Assembly: GCA_003971905.1 (NCBI GenBank)
Contig: RSEE01000130.1
Span: 1 to 64,000, forward strand
Direction: 5' to 3'
Source of the DNA: Moniliella sp. 'wahieum'
Lineage: Eukaryota
Length of the DNA stretch: 64,000 nucleotides
A program made the translations under genes and the position numbers. This document shows, in pieces, positions 48,034-59,855 of this stretch. The notes under the pieces were generated by a model, which had not been told where the DNA came from, did not search any database, and was given only the letters and a program-made list of their open reading frames with translations. The stretch's first letter is position 1. Every line of letters starts with the position of its first letter.

Positions 48034-48429
48034 ATGGGCGGGTGCCTCTCGCGACCGCAGCGCGGCCAAACCTTGCTGCTCCCTCCTCGGCGCCCATGGC
48101 CGCGGCGCGCCTTCCGCCTCGGCCTCAACCGCCACCGATCGCGCTGCCAGGGCCGCCGCCGCCGAGCAACGGGCTGCGGCGGCGGCCACGCGTGGCGCCC
48201 CCAACGGCCCCGGCAAGCTCAGCCACCACTCGCAGCCGAACAGGCCAGCGGAGGCACAGGCGCATCCAAGGCCGTGCTCCCCGAGCGGCAGGTGGTACGT
48301 TGGGTCATTGGATCCCCCCTCTTTGTGGCTGCGTATGGCTGACGAGCATGCCTTTCCGCCGACCGTCTGGGGCTACCCACACACGCTATCCGCTACCCCT
48401 CGGCCTTGCTGTGGAATCAGTGGGAGTGA
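48034..48429 (+). CDS. Small N-acylated protein, SVIP (small VCP/p97-interacting protein)-like
   Basis: MGGCLSR myristoylation/palmitoylation motif; RAARAAAAEQR VIM-like helix; GKLS. Intron 48295-48420, then WE*. Contains frameshifts. Confidence 0.6.
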
Positions 48430-48997
48430 CTAGTGACGCACATGGGCCGGCATGGCTTGGTCATGGTCTTTGTGCGGTTTGTGCAGGGCTGCGCGTGCGT
48501 TGGTCGGTGCTCGTTGTCTGTTTTGCCTTGTGGTTTGTGTTAGTGGCTGTTGGGGGCCCTGTTGTGTGCACAACGCAACGCATGTGCGTAGTAGGACTAG
48601 ACTGTGCAATCATCGGCCATCCATCTGTCTGACGAGTGAAACTGTGCATGCACGGCAGGAGGACGTCCTGTTCCAGACTTGAGACGCCATTTGTGGTGCG
48701 TGCCATGGATCGCTCCTCTGGACGGGGGCTGGGGCAAGGAGAAGTATGGGGAGGTGGAGCATGCCTGTCTTTTTCGCTTCAAGCGAGGGGTGGCGGGAGC
48801 GCTAGGGTTGGCCCCGCGTGCACGGACCCTCTGCCTGGTGCTTGAAGCTTCAAGCTTCAAGTTGAAGCTTGATGTGCTGGGGCTGGGGCACGCGCACCCG
48901 ATGGGGCCATGTGCCGGCACAGACACCCTTGGTGGGCACCAGCCGCGCCCTTGGCTCCTGGCCACCACTACCACCACCACCACCACCGCCATCTCCA

Positions 48998-49771
48998 ATG
49001 GGTACGCCTGTCTGCGCATCCGTCCCCTGCGCGCTGCTGACACGCGCCCCATCCCACTTGCCCCGCCCCGCGCGGCGTGTGTTGCGACAGCCACCCTGAG
49101 TGCTGGCGACCAGTCCTTCTCTGGCCTGGCCCTTTGGCTGCAACTTGCGCCGGGCCAGGCGGCCAAGACGGAGCAGCTGATGGACCGCGTGCGCGGCTTG
49201 CTGGATGACCTGCACTTGCCTCCGCCTTCGTCCCCGTTCCCGCCGCACGCGACGCTGGTCGCTGGCTTTGCTGGCACGGGCGCCTTTGCCAGCAACACGT
49301 CGATGGGATTTGGACCCAGGTCTTGCTGGCCCTAGGTGGATGGAAGGAACTTCATCCGACCGTCTGCAACGGTACCATATCCGTCCCGATCGCCCAACCT
49401 GCCACGCGCGCAACGTACTTCCAATCTGTCGTGCTGGCTCTGCAGCGTGTGCCGATCCTCACTGATCTCCACCACCTCGCACGGCACATCTCGCCGTTGG
49501 CGTGCTGGGTAACCCGGATCCCGACCTGCCCCCCACGGCCGACTACTGGCCGCACCTCTCGCTCGTGTACGCCGACCTGTCCAAGCGCCAGGCGGACACG
49601 GTGCTGGCGCGGATGGAGCACGATGGCCTGTGGCACAACGGCACTGCACCCTTGCCCCCCCGACCCGGAAACGTGGGATCAACTAGAATTTTCCAGCCTG
49701 GCCTTGTGGTCGTGCGAAGGCCCGCCCAGCGCCTGGACCAAACTGCAGAAGTTCAGTTTGCTGACCTGTAA
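48998..49771 (+). CDS. CPD1: 2',3'-cyclic-nucleotide (ADP-ribose 1'',2''-cyclic phosphate) phosphodiesterase, 2H family
   Basis: ATG-G|intron 49002-49090|...SGLALWL; two 2H motifs FPPHATL and YWPHLSLVY; YFQSV. Confidence 0.85.
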
Positions 49772-50321
49772 AGCCCCAACCTGCCATGGGTCCCCGTGGT
49801 CACGACTCGTCCCTGGTCCATGCCGCCCTGCACCGTGGCCAGGCTAGAATGGTCATGTCTTTACGGCAGGGTGATGAGTCAAGTTGGACCGCCCGTCCCT
49901 GGCTCCAAGGGGTGAAGGTGAATGCATGGACATGTTTGACTTGGGTTGGCTACCTTGTGGTCTGGTGGCACGAAGCTGCCTACTACCTTATGGCTCGGCG
50001 ACCAGTGCTCAGTACTCAACAATGCAGACATGTGGCTTCCACTGCGCCTCGCCCGTCGTAGACTCCGGCAGTGACGAAGGCAGCAGGTATGCCCCCGGAT
50101 CAAAAAGAGAAAAAAATTGCCTCCTAGCCGAATCGAACGACTAATCTTCGCATTACGAGTGCGACGCCTTACCATTGAGCCAAAGAGGCAGATTGCGTAT
50201 GTCCCGCACGTTCCCAATACGTAGCCACCATGCAATTCGAATCCGGTGGTTACCATGGATGTTTGCGGTTGCTCAGGCTTTCACTGCCATCCCCCCATGC
50301 TGTGCATTGACGAAAGAGTCG

Positions 50322-50370
50322 TCTGTCTGTCTGTCTGTCTGTCTGTCGTCTGTCTGTCTGTCTGTCTGTC
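50322..50370 (+). repeat. (GTCT)n microsatellite
   Basis: tctgtctgtctgtctgtctgtctgtcgtctgtctgtctg... Confidence 0.9.
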
Positions 50371-50578
50371 CGTCACCCGACAGTGCAACGGCCACGTTCA
50401 TCTGCAAAATAGCATTCTCCAGAAATACTAGTAACGGAGCAATCCCAGTTCAAGTTGAGGTGAATCAAGGAGGGTTGAAAAGCAAGGGAAGGTGTTGCTT
50501 TCAGATCAAAATCAACGTGACGATTCATCTGAACTCCTTCTTCTCTCCGTGCGCCCCTTCCTCCCGAAAAAAACGATC

Positions 50579-51433
50579 TTAATCAACATCGATCATCCTG
50601 CAAGCAAGGAACAGGGGGTCAGTATGTACACTTCCACCTACTTCCAAGATCCCAAGATCCCAAGAGACCAAGGCCGGTCGCGGGCCCAGGCCACAGCAAC
50701 TGGTGGGTGGGAAAATGAGATAAGATACATACGCATAAACGGGGGCATCGAGCGCGTCGGCACCCTTGAGGAAAGGGATGGCGACAACGAAAAGGTACTC
50801 GGCCGTGACACCACCAACTTTCTTCACAAGTTCCCCAGCTGCCTTGGCCGAACCACCAGTAGCAATCAAGTCGTCCACCACTAGCACCCGCGCCCCCTTG
50901 GGCAGCGAGCCAGCTTGCATCTCGAACACGTCCTGGTGCCCAGGCAAATGGGGTACATGTCAGGACTCTGTACGCTCATGCCTGTCACGTTGGGAGATCG
51001 GACATGTGACATCTGTCATTGGACATCGGACATCGGACAAGATCTGACATCTGACATCGGACATTCGGGAATTGGACATTGGACGTACCTCGCCATACTC
51101 CTTGGAGTACACAGCCTTCTCCACGTCACCGGGCAACTTGCCCGACTTGCGTACGGGGACAAATGCCGCGCCGAGGCGGAGGGCCAAGATGGGACCAATC
51201 AAGAACCCACGCGCATCCAGGCCCACCACCGCATCGATCTTCTTTGTCCCGTCCGCGCCGGCCGGCAGCGTAGGAATCACATCGGCAAAGATGTGGCGGA
51301 GAAAGTGGGTGATGAGCGACTCGAAGGCGATGGGGTCGCGCAGCGCAGGCAAAATGTCACAAAACGTAACCCCTTTCTTGGGCCAGTCGGCGTGGAATTG
51401 GAACAGCGACTTGATGTGCTCAACGTCGGCCAT
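50579..51433 (-). CDS. APT1: Adenine phosphoribosyltransferase
   Basis: DWPKKGVTFCDI, VGLDARGFLIGP, FVPVRKSGKLPG, YSKEYG, VLVVDDLIATGGSA. Introns 51088-50933 and 50732-50598. Confidence 0.96.
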
Positions 51434-51924
51434 GGTGGAGAGGAGAGTAGAGACCGAAGGCAGTGGTGGTGGTGGTGGTGGGAGGTGGGAGGTGGCAGAG
51501 AACAAAGACGTCCAATCAATTGCGGATGGGAAGCGCAATCGAGGATCGTTGAGGCCAAATGTGCAGTTTTTGAACCAGACCAGTTGCACCGACGGGGCTT
51601 TTCTTTTGCGCGGGGCCGCCGTATTTGTTCCTGCCAATCGTTAATCATCCAGCACGCTGGGATGCCAACATTTTGTCTCGTTCCGGTGGCTGGGCGGGTC
51701 GGGTAGCAGCTCACATCCATGGCCCCGCCCAGCCCGCAGTGGCTTCCCTCCACGCTTCCGGGTCAGCAGCCACCTCCCTCCTTCACGCGGGCAGCACAAC
51801 CGACGGCTCTCGGTTGCTGGCAATCAACTAACTACCTCTACTACGATGGGCAAAAGCGAGGTGAAGCAGATATGCATGTGCGGAACGGAAGAAACGATCA
51901 GGGGTGGTGGTGGTGGTTGACAAG

Positions 51925-52901
51925 CTAAAACTTGAACTCTTCAGCCTTCTTCTGGATGGTCTGGATCAGGATGCGGTCGCGGATGGTCACCAGCTGTTCT
52001 GGGGTGGTGTGGGTTTTGGCGTGAATGTCGGCCACGCCATCGGTCACGAGCTTGGTAAGTTCCGGGGTGATCTTCTCTACGCGACCGAGGTCGTGGGCCC
52101 AGTCCAAAAAGTTAGGTCCCAAGTGCTCAATCATGTGCTTGACCCCGCCCGCGCCGCCACCGAGTTCAAAGTTGATAAACTGACCGTAGATGGCCCAGCG
52201 CAGTCCGGGGCCTTGGGCCAGTGCCGTGTCCAGGTCCTCGGCGCTGGCCACGCCTTCCTGCAAAAGATGGAAGACTTCTTGCACGATTGCCGCCTGCAGC
52301 CGGTTGGCCACATGGCCCTTGACCTCCTTCTTGATCCGGATGGGAGCCTTGCCGAGCAACTTGTAAAAGGCGTAGGTCAAGTCGACATACTTGGGATCGG
52401 TCTTCTTGCCTCCAATGATCTCCACCAGGGGCACAATGTGAGGTGGGGGGTGCGAGCAGGACACGTTCAGGATGTTTAGCACGCTCTTGCAGAAGCGAAG
52501 GTACAATGCCCGAGGACGAAGAACCAATCACCACATCGTCCGCAATACTCTTTTCGATCAACTCGTAAATCGTGTCCTTGATCTCCAGTCGCTCCGGACC
52601 GTTTTCCTGCACATACTGCACGCCCTCCAACGCGCCATAGTCCGGTGTCACAGTGAGCTTTTTAGGATCGTACTGAAAGTGGCTCGCGAGACCTGCATCG
52701 GCAAACGCCTTCTCGGCTCCCGTGAGCATCGACTCAACCATATCCCGCGCACGCGGGTTGGGATCCACCACGACCACATCTAGGTTCTTGGCAAGGTACA
52801 ACGCGCCCACGACGAGCCAATCACCCCCGACCCCCCACACCCACTTTCTTGATCGCCTGGGCGGCCGTCAAGGCGGCAGAGGAAACAGACGACGCGGCCA
52901 T
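51925..52901 (-). CDS. 3-hydroxyacyl-CoA dehydrogenase family protein (carnitine dehydrogenase/lambda-crystallin-like)
   Basis: Rossmann GxG start, YVQENGPERLEIK, IGSSSSG, PPHIVPLVEI, KEVKGHVANRLQAA, GPGLRWA. No intron seen; frameshifts. Confidence 0.88.
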
Positions 52902-54648
52902 GGCAAAGTACAGTCCAAGTTGGAAGGGTGAAGAAAACAATTCGGCGCAGCCGGCGGCCTAGTTATATCAGTCCGCAGTCCGGAGAGACAGTCTCGGCCG
53001 GTCTGCATTTTGGGCACACGAGGCTTGGGGTACCCCGAGGGCGGTTGGCACAGCGCAAGCCAGCTACCAAGCTAGCCACACCTGAGTCCTGACGTGTGCT
53101 AGGTGTGGCCCAAGGCCACAGGGGCGCCCCGCCCCGCCGCGCTGGCCACACCACAACGATGGCCCGTCGCGCAATGGACACCGCGTGCTGAGTCCTAGTG
53201 CAGTCCATTCAATATCAGGCCCGAGCCCCGCGTCTGGGTAACGGGTACCGGGTAACGCGGACCGAGCAACTAGTGAATATTGATGGTCCAACCTGGGCCT
53301 GAGCGCCTGAGCTGCGCCTCAACCAACGTCAACGCGTCAGCGCGTCAGCGGCGCCTCTGCTGGGTGGCGGTGGGTTTGCCGGGACGGAAACCCAAAGGGC
53401 AGGAGGCGAGTGTGCACGTGTGCATCCGCCTCTCCGGTCTCTGATCTCACTCCACCTGTGCCATCTCTATACCATCACACCATCACAACCACCTTTTACG
53501 GCCCGCGTCTGGTCCACTGTGCCAGTCCGCTTCGCATGGCCGAAGGGCCCGCGCGCATTGCAGATTGCAGATTGTCGATTGGTATTGATCCCATCAACGT
53601 TCAACATTCAACTGAACCTTGTCGATCCAGCTAATCAATGACATGTCCCATGTTCCCATTTGTATCATCTGCATCATCGACTTCATCGACCTTACTAGCC
53701 ACGTTCCACCCCACCTGTTTTGCATCTTCATCGACCATCCACTGCCGAAGACGAAGGTCATTAATCCATAATCATTCCCCTGCTTATAAAGAGTTGAAGA
53801 GCATTATGAGCTGGAATCTTGTTGGCCATCAGCCGTATAGCGCGCCCACCTTGAATCTGGTCCATGGTTCACTGATGCCGACCACTTCCTCCTCCCATCG
53901 AGCACTTGAAGGACATTTGCCGTCCGTGCCAACGATCAACTAGCCCGACGTAGGTACCACATCCAGGCGTGAGACGCCATGCACAACACCCCGGGGTTTC
54001 CCCATTGTGGCTTATGATTTTTGCTTCCAAGTAGAAGCAGGGATCATCATCTCATTGGCATTCGCTGCGGGTATTGCTTCTTTGTCTAGCTCCTGTCCCT
54101 TGCCTTCTCTTCCCTTCTGTTCGTAGCCTGATCACGGTTCAATCGTAATGGTTGTTACATCTTATGCTTGGTGCCACCGCGCGGATTTTGTTCGTCCGCC
54201 GCAGCCTTCTCACACCCCAGTAAGCGGGATGCCACCACACCAAACCGCATTGGCTCTCAGGTAGAGGTGGCTATGGAGAGGGGCAGCACAACAATGCACA
54301 GAGGGTGGCCGTGGATTGCGTCGCAGAAGGATAACGGATGGGCGTGTTAGATGTTATTATCGTTGGAGTCTCACTGAGATGGCACCCTGGAGGGCAGAGG
54401 GCCAGGATGAAGAACAAGGTGACAGGGAAAGTTCGTTCGGGGGTGGCAGGCGAATGGGTCGCGTGCAGACGGGAGATGGCGAGAGGAAGCACGACAGCAC
54501 CAGCGGTGGTGGCGGCCGGGCAATGACTGCACTGGCACACGAAGAGCAGTCTGCTGTTGGATGCTGTGGACGGGCCTACATCGAGTACTCCGACTGAGCA
54601 GCGATTATCGATTAACGATGGGGTACAGGGCGGAATTGGCGTGTGACC

Positions 54649-54657
54649 AAATTTTTT
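54649..54657 (+). promoter_or_regulatory. RRPE-like element upstream of DIM1
   Basis: AAATTTTTT ~130 bp upstream of a ribosome-biogenesis gene, in otherwise GC-rich DNA. Confidence 0.4.
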
Positions 54658-54689
54658 GGGGCAGGGGAGCGCCATTCCGCTGCAGTTGA

Positions 54690-55868
<1,179 letters not shown>

Positions 55869-55869
<1 letters not shown>

Positions 55870-55925
55870 CATGGCATCGCATGGCATCGCATGGCATCGC
55901 ATGGCATCGCATGGCACCGCATGGC
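55869..55925 (+). repeat. (GCATGGCATC)n 10-mer tandem repeat in the DIM1 3' region
   Basis: gcatggcatcgcatggcatcgcatggcatcgcatggcatcgcatggcaccgcatgg. Confidence 0.9.
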
Positions 55926-56121
55926 TTGGTCGGTCTGGCCTCTGGCCTGGTTATGTCTTTTCTGTTCTGTGTTCTCTGTTCTGTGCCAGGGTCGGGTCGT
56001 CCCGATACCCCCTCTCCACCACCCCCTCCCCGACTGCCTCTCTCGCTCCGGCTGCGCTGGGCTGTCTATAGCAACCTGCGACGTTGGATAGATGCCTGTG
56101 CTGGTCATTCTGCACTGTATT

Positions 56122-56695
56122 TCATGCCTTGTACCTCGTCGAGTAATCCTTGGGGCTGACCACCAACCCACGGCCCTTGCTCGCACCGCGGTAGACCGTC
56201 TCGATAATATCGATCATCTCCTGCTTGTCTTCGATGGGCCAGTTGCTAGGGAGACCAACCGACGGCGGGTCAGTGTCAGGACCGTCCAGCGGTGCGCAAG
56301 GCAGAGGCAGGTAGAGGATACGTACATTTTGTTGTTGTTGCCGGTACCGAGGTCGACCATGATGTGTTTGTTGCGCTGGAAAAAGGGAGAAGGCAGAGTC
56401 AGCGAGGCGTGCACCCATGCGCTGCTCGGAGGGAACGCACATAGAAGAACATGACGGCGCACGGCTCGTAGAGCTCGTACATGCGGTTAAAGTCGGGGAC
56501 CTGGGTGGTGTCGACGAGGTAGACGACGGCAAAGTTGCGCACCTTGTCGGCGACGCGGTAGAGGGTCTCGTCCATGACCTGGCACGTGGGGTCCGAGTCG
56601 TGGCCGAAGCGGATGACGACGACGCGCTCCTCCTCGGAGAGGATGGCCTGGTCCACGTGCCAGCCCGAGGGCAGGTGCGTGAGGAAGTACGACAT
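56122..56695 (-). CDS. DIB1: U5 snRNP thioredoxin-like protein DIB1/TXNL4A
   Basis: MSYFLTHLPSGWHVDQAILSEEERVVVIRFG...VPDFNRMYELY...RNKHIMVDLGTGNNNK...GRGLVVSPKDYST. Introns 56440-56376 and 56325-56246. Confidence 0.97.
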
Positions 56696-56989
56696 GGTGG
56701 AGGAGGCGAGCAACTGGGGGGGGATGAGGGGGGCAATTAAAATTTCCGCGCGGTGCGTGCCAAGCTGACGTTATGCAATGGTCGGTTGTCGATTGGATGG
56801 CTTGATTGATCCAGTGAGTAAGAATTCGTGTTTAGTGGGTGATGCGTCGTGCTGATCCTGCTCGCGCCCAGCGGAGGCGCGTGCCTGGCGTGTCCAGACG
56901 GAGGGCCCTAACGGTGGGGTTCCTTATCGCTGTCTGTCGCAAACCATCCTGCCCTCGGCGCCCTCCCGCCCCCCACTGCCTCCCCCCCC

Positions 56990-58138
56990 ATGTCCAGCGA
57001 CCCCCCAGCGTCCGCCTCGGCGCGCTCCGCCTCCCGCCGCCGCCCGGCAGCGCGCGCGGGTGGATCCCGCTGCTCAACACGGCCTGCCCCTGGGCCGACC
57101 AGCTCGAGGCCAACTACCTCTGTCCCGCCACTGCCGCCGCCACGACGCGCACTGCCTACCTGCACGGCGCCGGCCGCTGGAGAGTGTGTATGCACAGGAC
57201 GAGCGCGTGCACCAAGTCGCCCTCACCGCCAATGGCTCGCTCAACTCGTTTGGCTACGCCCCGACCCCGCTCACGGCCTACCTGGCGCGCGCCAAGGCGC
57301 TGCTCCTTGCCGCCCTCGCCACTGCCCACGCCGGGCCCGCCCCCGAAACCTATCATTGTCTCTCTCACCGGCAGCCCGCCGCGTGGCCCAGGGCGTCCGG
57401 GCCGTGTGTGCGCTGGCGAGCGAGCTGGACCGTGAGGCAGACAGCAAACCCGACAGCACCCGCCGGCGAGCCCGACAGCGATTCCACGCCACGCCGCGCC
57501 GTTCGCGCCTGCTCGCAGTCGAGATCAACCTCTCCTGTCCCAACATCCGCGGCACCGATGTCCCGCCGGGCTTTTCCCCGGCCTTCCTCACGGCCACACT
57601 GGCTGCCATCGCTGCTCTCTACCTCGCCCTGCCTCGTGGCGAGACCCAAGTGACGATCGGGCTCAAGCTTCCTCCGTACACGTACCCAGCCCAATTTGCT
57701 GCGCTACTTGACGCCCTGGAAAGCGCCGCGCCTACCGTGCCGCACCATCCTCACCTCGTCGGCTTCTTAACTGCGACCAATACGCTGGGCGGATGCTTGT
57801 TCCACGGCTGCTGGCCCGCTCTTACCTGTCGACTTGCCGCGCGGTTCACCGGCGACGGCGGCATGGGCGGCGAGGCGCTCCATCCCCTCGCTCTCGGGTG
57901 CGTGGCACGGTTACGCCGCATGCTCGATGCCAGCCCGTACGCTGCGGTGCGCTCGATTGACCTCTTGGCCGCTGGAGGTTGCTCCTCCGGCGCGGCGGCG
58001 CGGCGGTTCGTCGCTGTCGGCGCAAGCGCTTGTGGTGTCGCCACCGCGCTGGGCCGCGAAGGGCAACGTGTCTTTGCTCGTCTGCGCGCTGAGCTGGAGC
58101 AAGATGCCGATGAGATGCCTGGGCAGGCCAAGTTGTAG
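56990..58138 (+). CDS. Class-1 dihydroorotate dehydrogenase-like FMN enzyme (probable dihydrouracil oxidase)
   Basis: LLNTACPWA, ATTRT, SLNSFGY, KPIIVSLTG, EINLSCPNI, GLKLPPY, TATNTLG, GGMGGEALHPLALG. Frameshifts in the 5' half. Confidence 0.85.
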   Translation: MSSDPPASASARSASRRRPAARAGGSRCSTRPAPGPTSSRPTTSVPPLPPPRRALPTCTAPAAGECVCTGRARAPSRPHRQWLAQLVWLRPDPAHGLPGARQGAAPCRPRHCPRRARPRNLSLSLSPAARRVAQGVRAVCALASELDREADSKPDSTRRRARQRFHATPRRSRLLAVEINLSCPNIRGTDVPPGFSPAFLTATLAAIAALYLALPRGETQVTIGLKLPPYTYPAQFAALLDALESAAPTVPHHPHLVGFLTATNTLGGCLFHGCWPALTCRLAARFTGDGGMGGEALHPLALGCVARLRRMLDASPYAAVRSIDLLAAGGCSSGAAARRFVAVGASACGVATALGREGQRVFARLRAELEQDADEMPGQAKL

Positions 58139-58250
58139 CATCCTTGGTTGCGGTATGATGTACTGCGGGGTTTGCGGACTGAGTTGAGTGTTCGGTGCTA
58201 TTGGGTACTAAGTACTGCGTGCTGATATCCCACAACCGCCGTTGACCATC

Positions 58251-58310
58251 GTCGTGTAGGTCGTCTGGATAGTCGTGTAGGTCGTCTGGATAGTCGTGTA
58301 GGTCGTCTGG
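58251..58310 (+). repeat. 21-bp tandem repeat, ~3 copies
   Basis: (gtcgtgtaggtcgtctggata)x3. Confidence 0.9.
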
Positions 58311-58560
58311 CTACGCCGTTGTACACAGCTGGGGCTGCGCGGGCAGGCGCAGAGAAGGAGGCGTGAGAGTACAAGGGCAGAGGGAGCGAGGTGGCGCGCA
58401 CGGGCGGAATTGGCCCGGGGCGGCCGAGCGGAGATGGCGGAGATGGGACAGCATAGCCCACCATAGCCTACTAGCCTAGCCTAGCTCCAAGCCCCCCCCC
58501 CAACCACCACCACCACCGCTGCGCTCCCCATCGCCGGGGTGCACCACTTCTTTCGGCAGC

Positions 58561-59351
58561 ATGAGCGGCATCGAGGAGCCCGAGGTGGCTGCGCTCACAC
58601 CCGGGGCGGACGCATCGGCAATCCTCCAAGCGCTGCATGCGCGAGCGGCGCGCATCCGTCCAGCCTCCGACGACCTCGACCTCGCTGCCGACGCCGACAT
58701 TGAATCTGAGCCGCAGCTTGCTCCGCTCAGCAGGCCTAGTCGACGCACACGTACAGGCGCACGCAAAAAACGACGTGCACGCGCTCTCCCCACACGCACG
58801 CCACTCGCTTCCTCCATCTCGTCTCTGTCCTCCGCCCCGGGACCCTTGCCCCCCTCGCACCGGGACCCGACTCGCACTCCGGCTCAGACTCAGATTCAGA
58901 CTCGGAGGCAGAGTCCGACTCTGAGCTCGACTCGGACGATAGCCAAATGTACGAGTACGACTCGGAGGAGGAGGAACGGCTGTTGCAAGAGGAATGGGAC
59001 GCTTCCGTGCGCCAGTTTCAGACAATTTGGTCCGTCATGGTTTTGCCCTATGTGGGCAAACTGTATGGCCGCAGGTTTGGGTATTGGAGTACGTCCCCCG
59101 CCCCCTTCCTTACCCCTGCCCCTTTCCCCTGCTCTGCTCTGCTCTGCTCTGCTCTGCTCTGCTCTTCCCGCCGGGACGATCAGGGCGTGAAGGTGCAACG
59201 TGGAGGTGCAACGGCTGACGTTGATCTTGGTCTCCCCACTAGCGTTTACCCGATGGCAACTGCATGGCTGGACCCCGGCCTTTTGGGGGCTCAGCGCTTT
59301 CTTCCCGGCCAATTCGTGGGTGCCATCGGACTGCTGGCGCTGTTTGAATAG
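58561..59351 (+). CDS. MIM2: Mitochondrial import protein MIM2-like
   Basis: Acidic region, then QEEWDASVRQFQTIWSVMVLPYVGKLYGRRFGYW. Intron 59089-59242 (contains (CTCTG)n). Ends approximate. Confidence 0.7.
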
Positions 59352-59700
59352 TCCGCACCAACCCGCACCCGCACCCACACCCGCACCCACCCACCCAGCC
59401 GCCCACCTTTCCTCTTTCCCTTTTTCCTCCTTTCCTCCTTTCTTTCCTCCTCCCTTCCTCCCAGCACGTCAGCACGTCAGCACATGGGCACCTGGGCGTT
59501 GGGCTACTACAATGTCACTGTCGAACAACATTCATCGTACCAGGCGGGAGGACCGACGACATACATGAGGTGGGAGAATAGAGAATAGAGAATAGAGTGT
59601 CAGGCCAGGGAAGGTACAGCGAGCTGAGCACTGAACGAACACTGAAACTGACCCGCGATAACCACCCGAAAGGTTGTGGGGGTGCGGGGGGGGGAGAGAC

Positions 59701-59733
59701 CGTAACGCGTAACCGGTAACCGGTAAGCGGTAA
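59701..59733. repeat. Heptamer palindrome repeat switching from ACGCGT-A to ACCGGT-A
   Basis: cgtaacgcgtaaccggtaaccggtaagcggtaa. Confidence 0.85.
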
Positions 59734-59855
59734 TAAGGGACAAGGAACAGACCAACGGGAGCAACATGAGCAACGTAACGCGCGGAACGGGGAACGGGTA
59801 CATTCGTTTCTTACTTTCGGGTACGAGGTACGAGGTACGAGGTACTAGGTGCTAG

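Noticed and set aside
58251..58310. CRISPR-like array
   Set aside because: Head-to-tail tandem repeat with no spacers, in a eukaryotic context; the same applies to the heptamer arrays.
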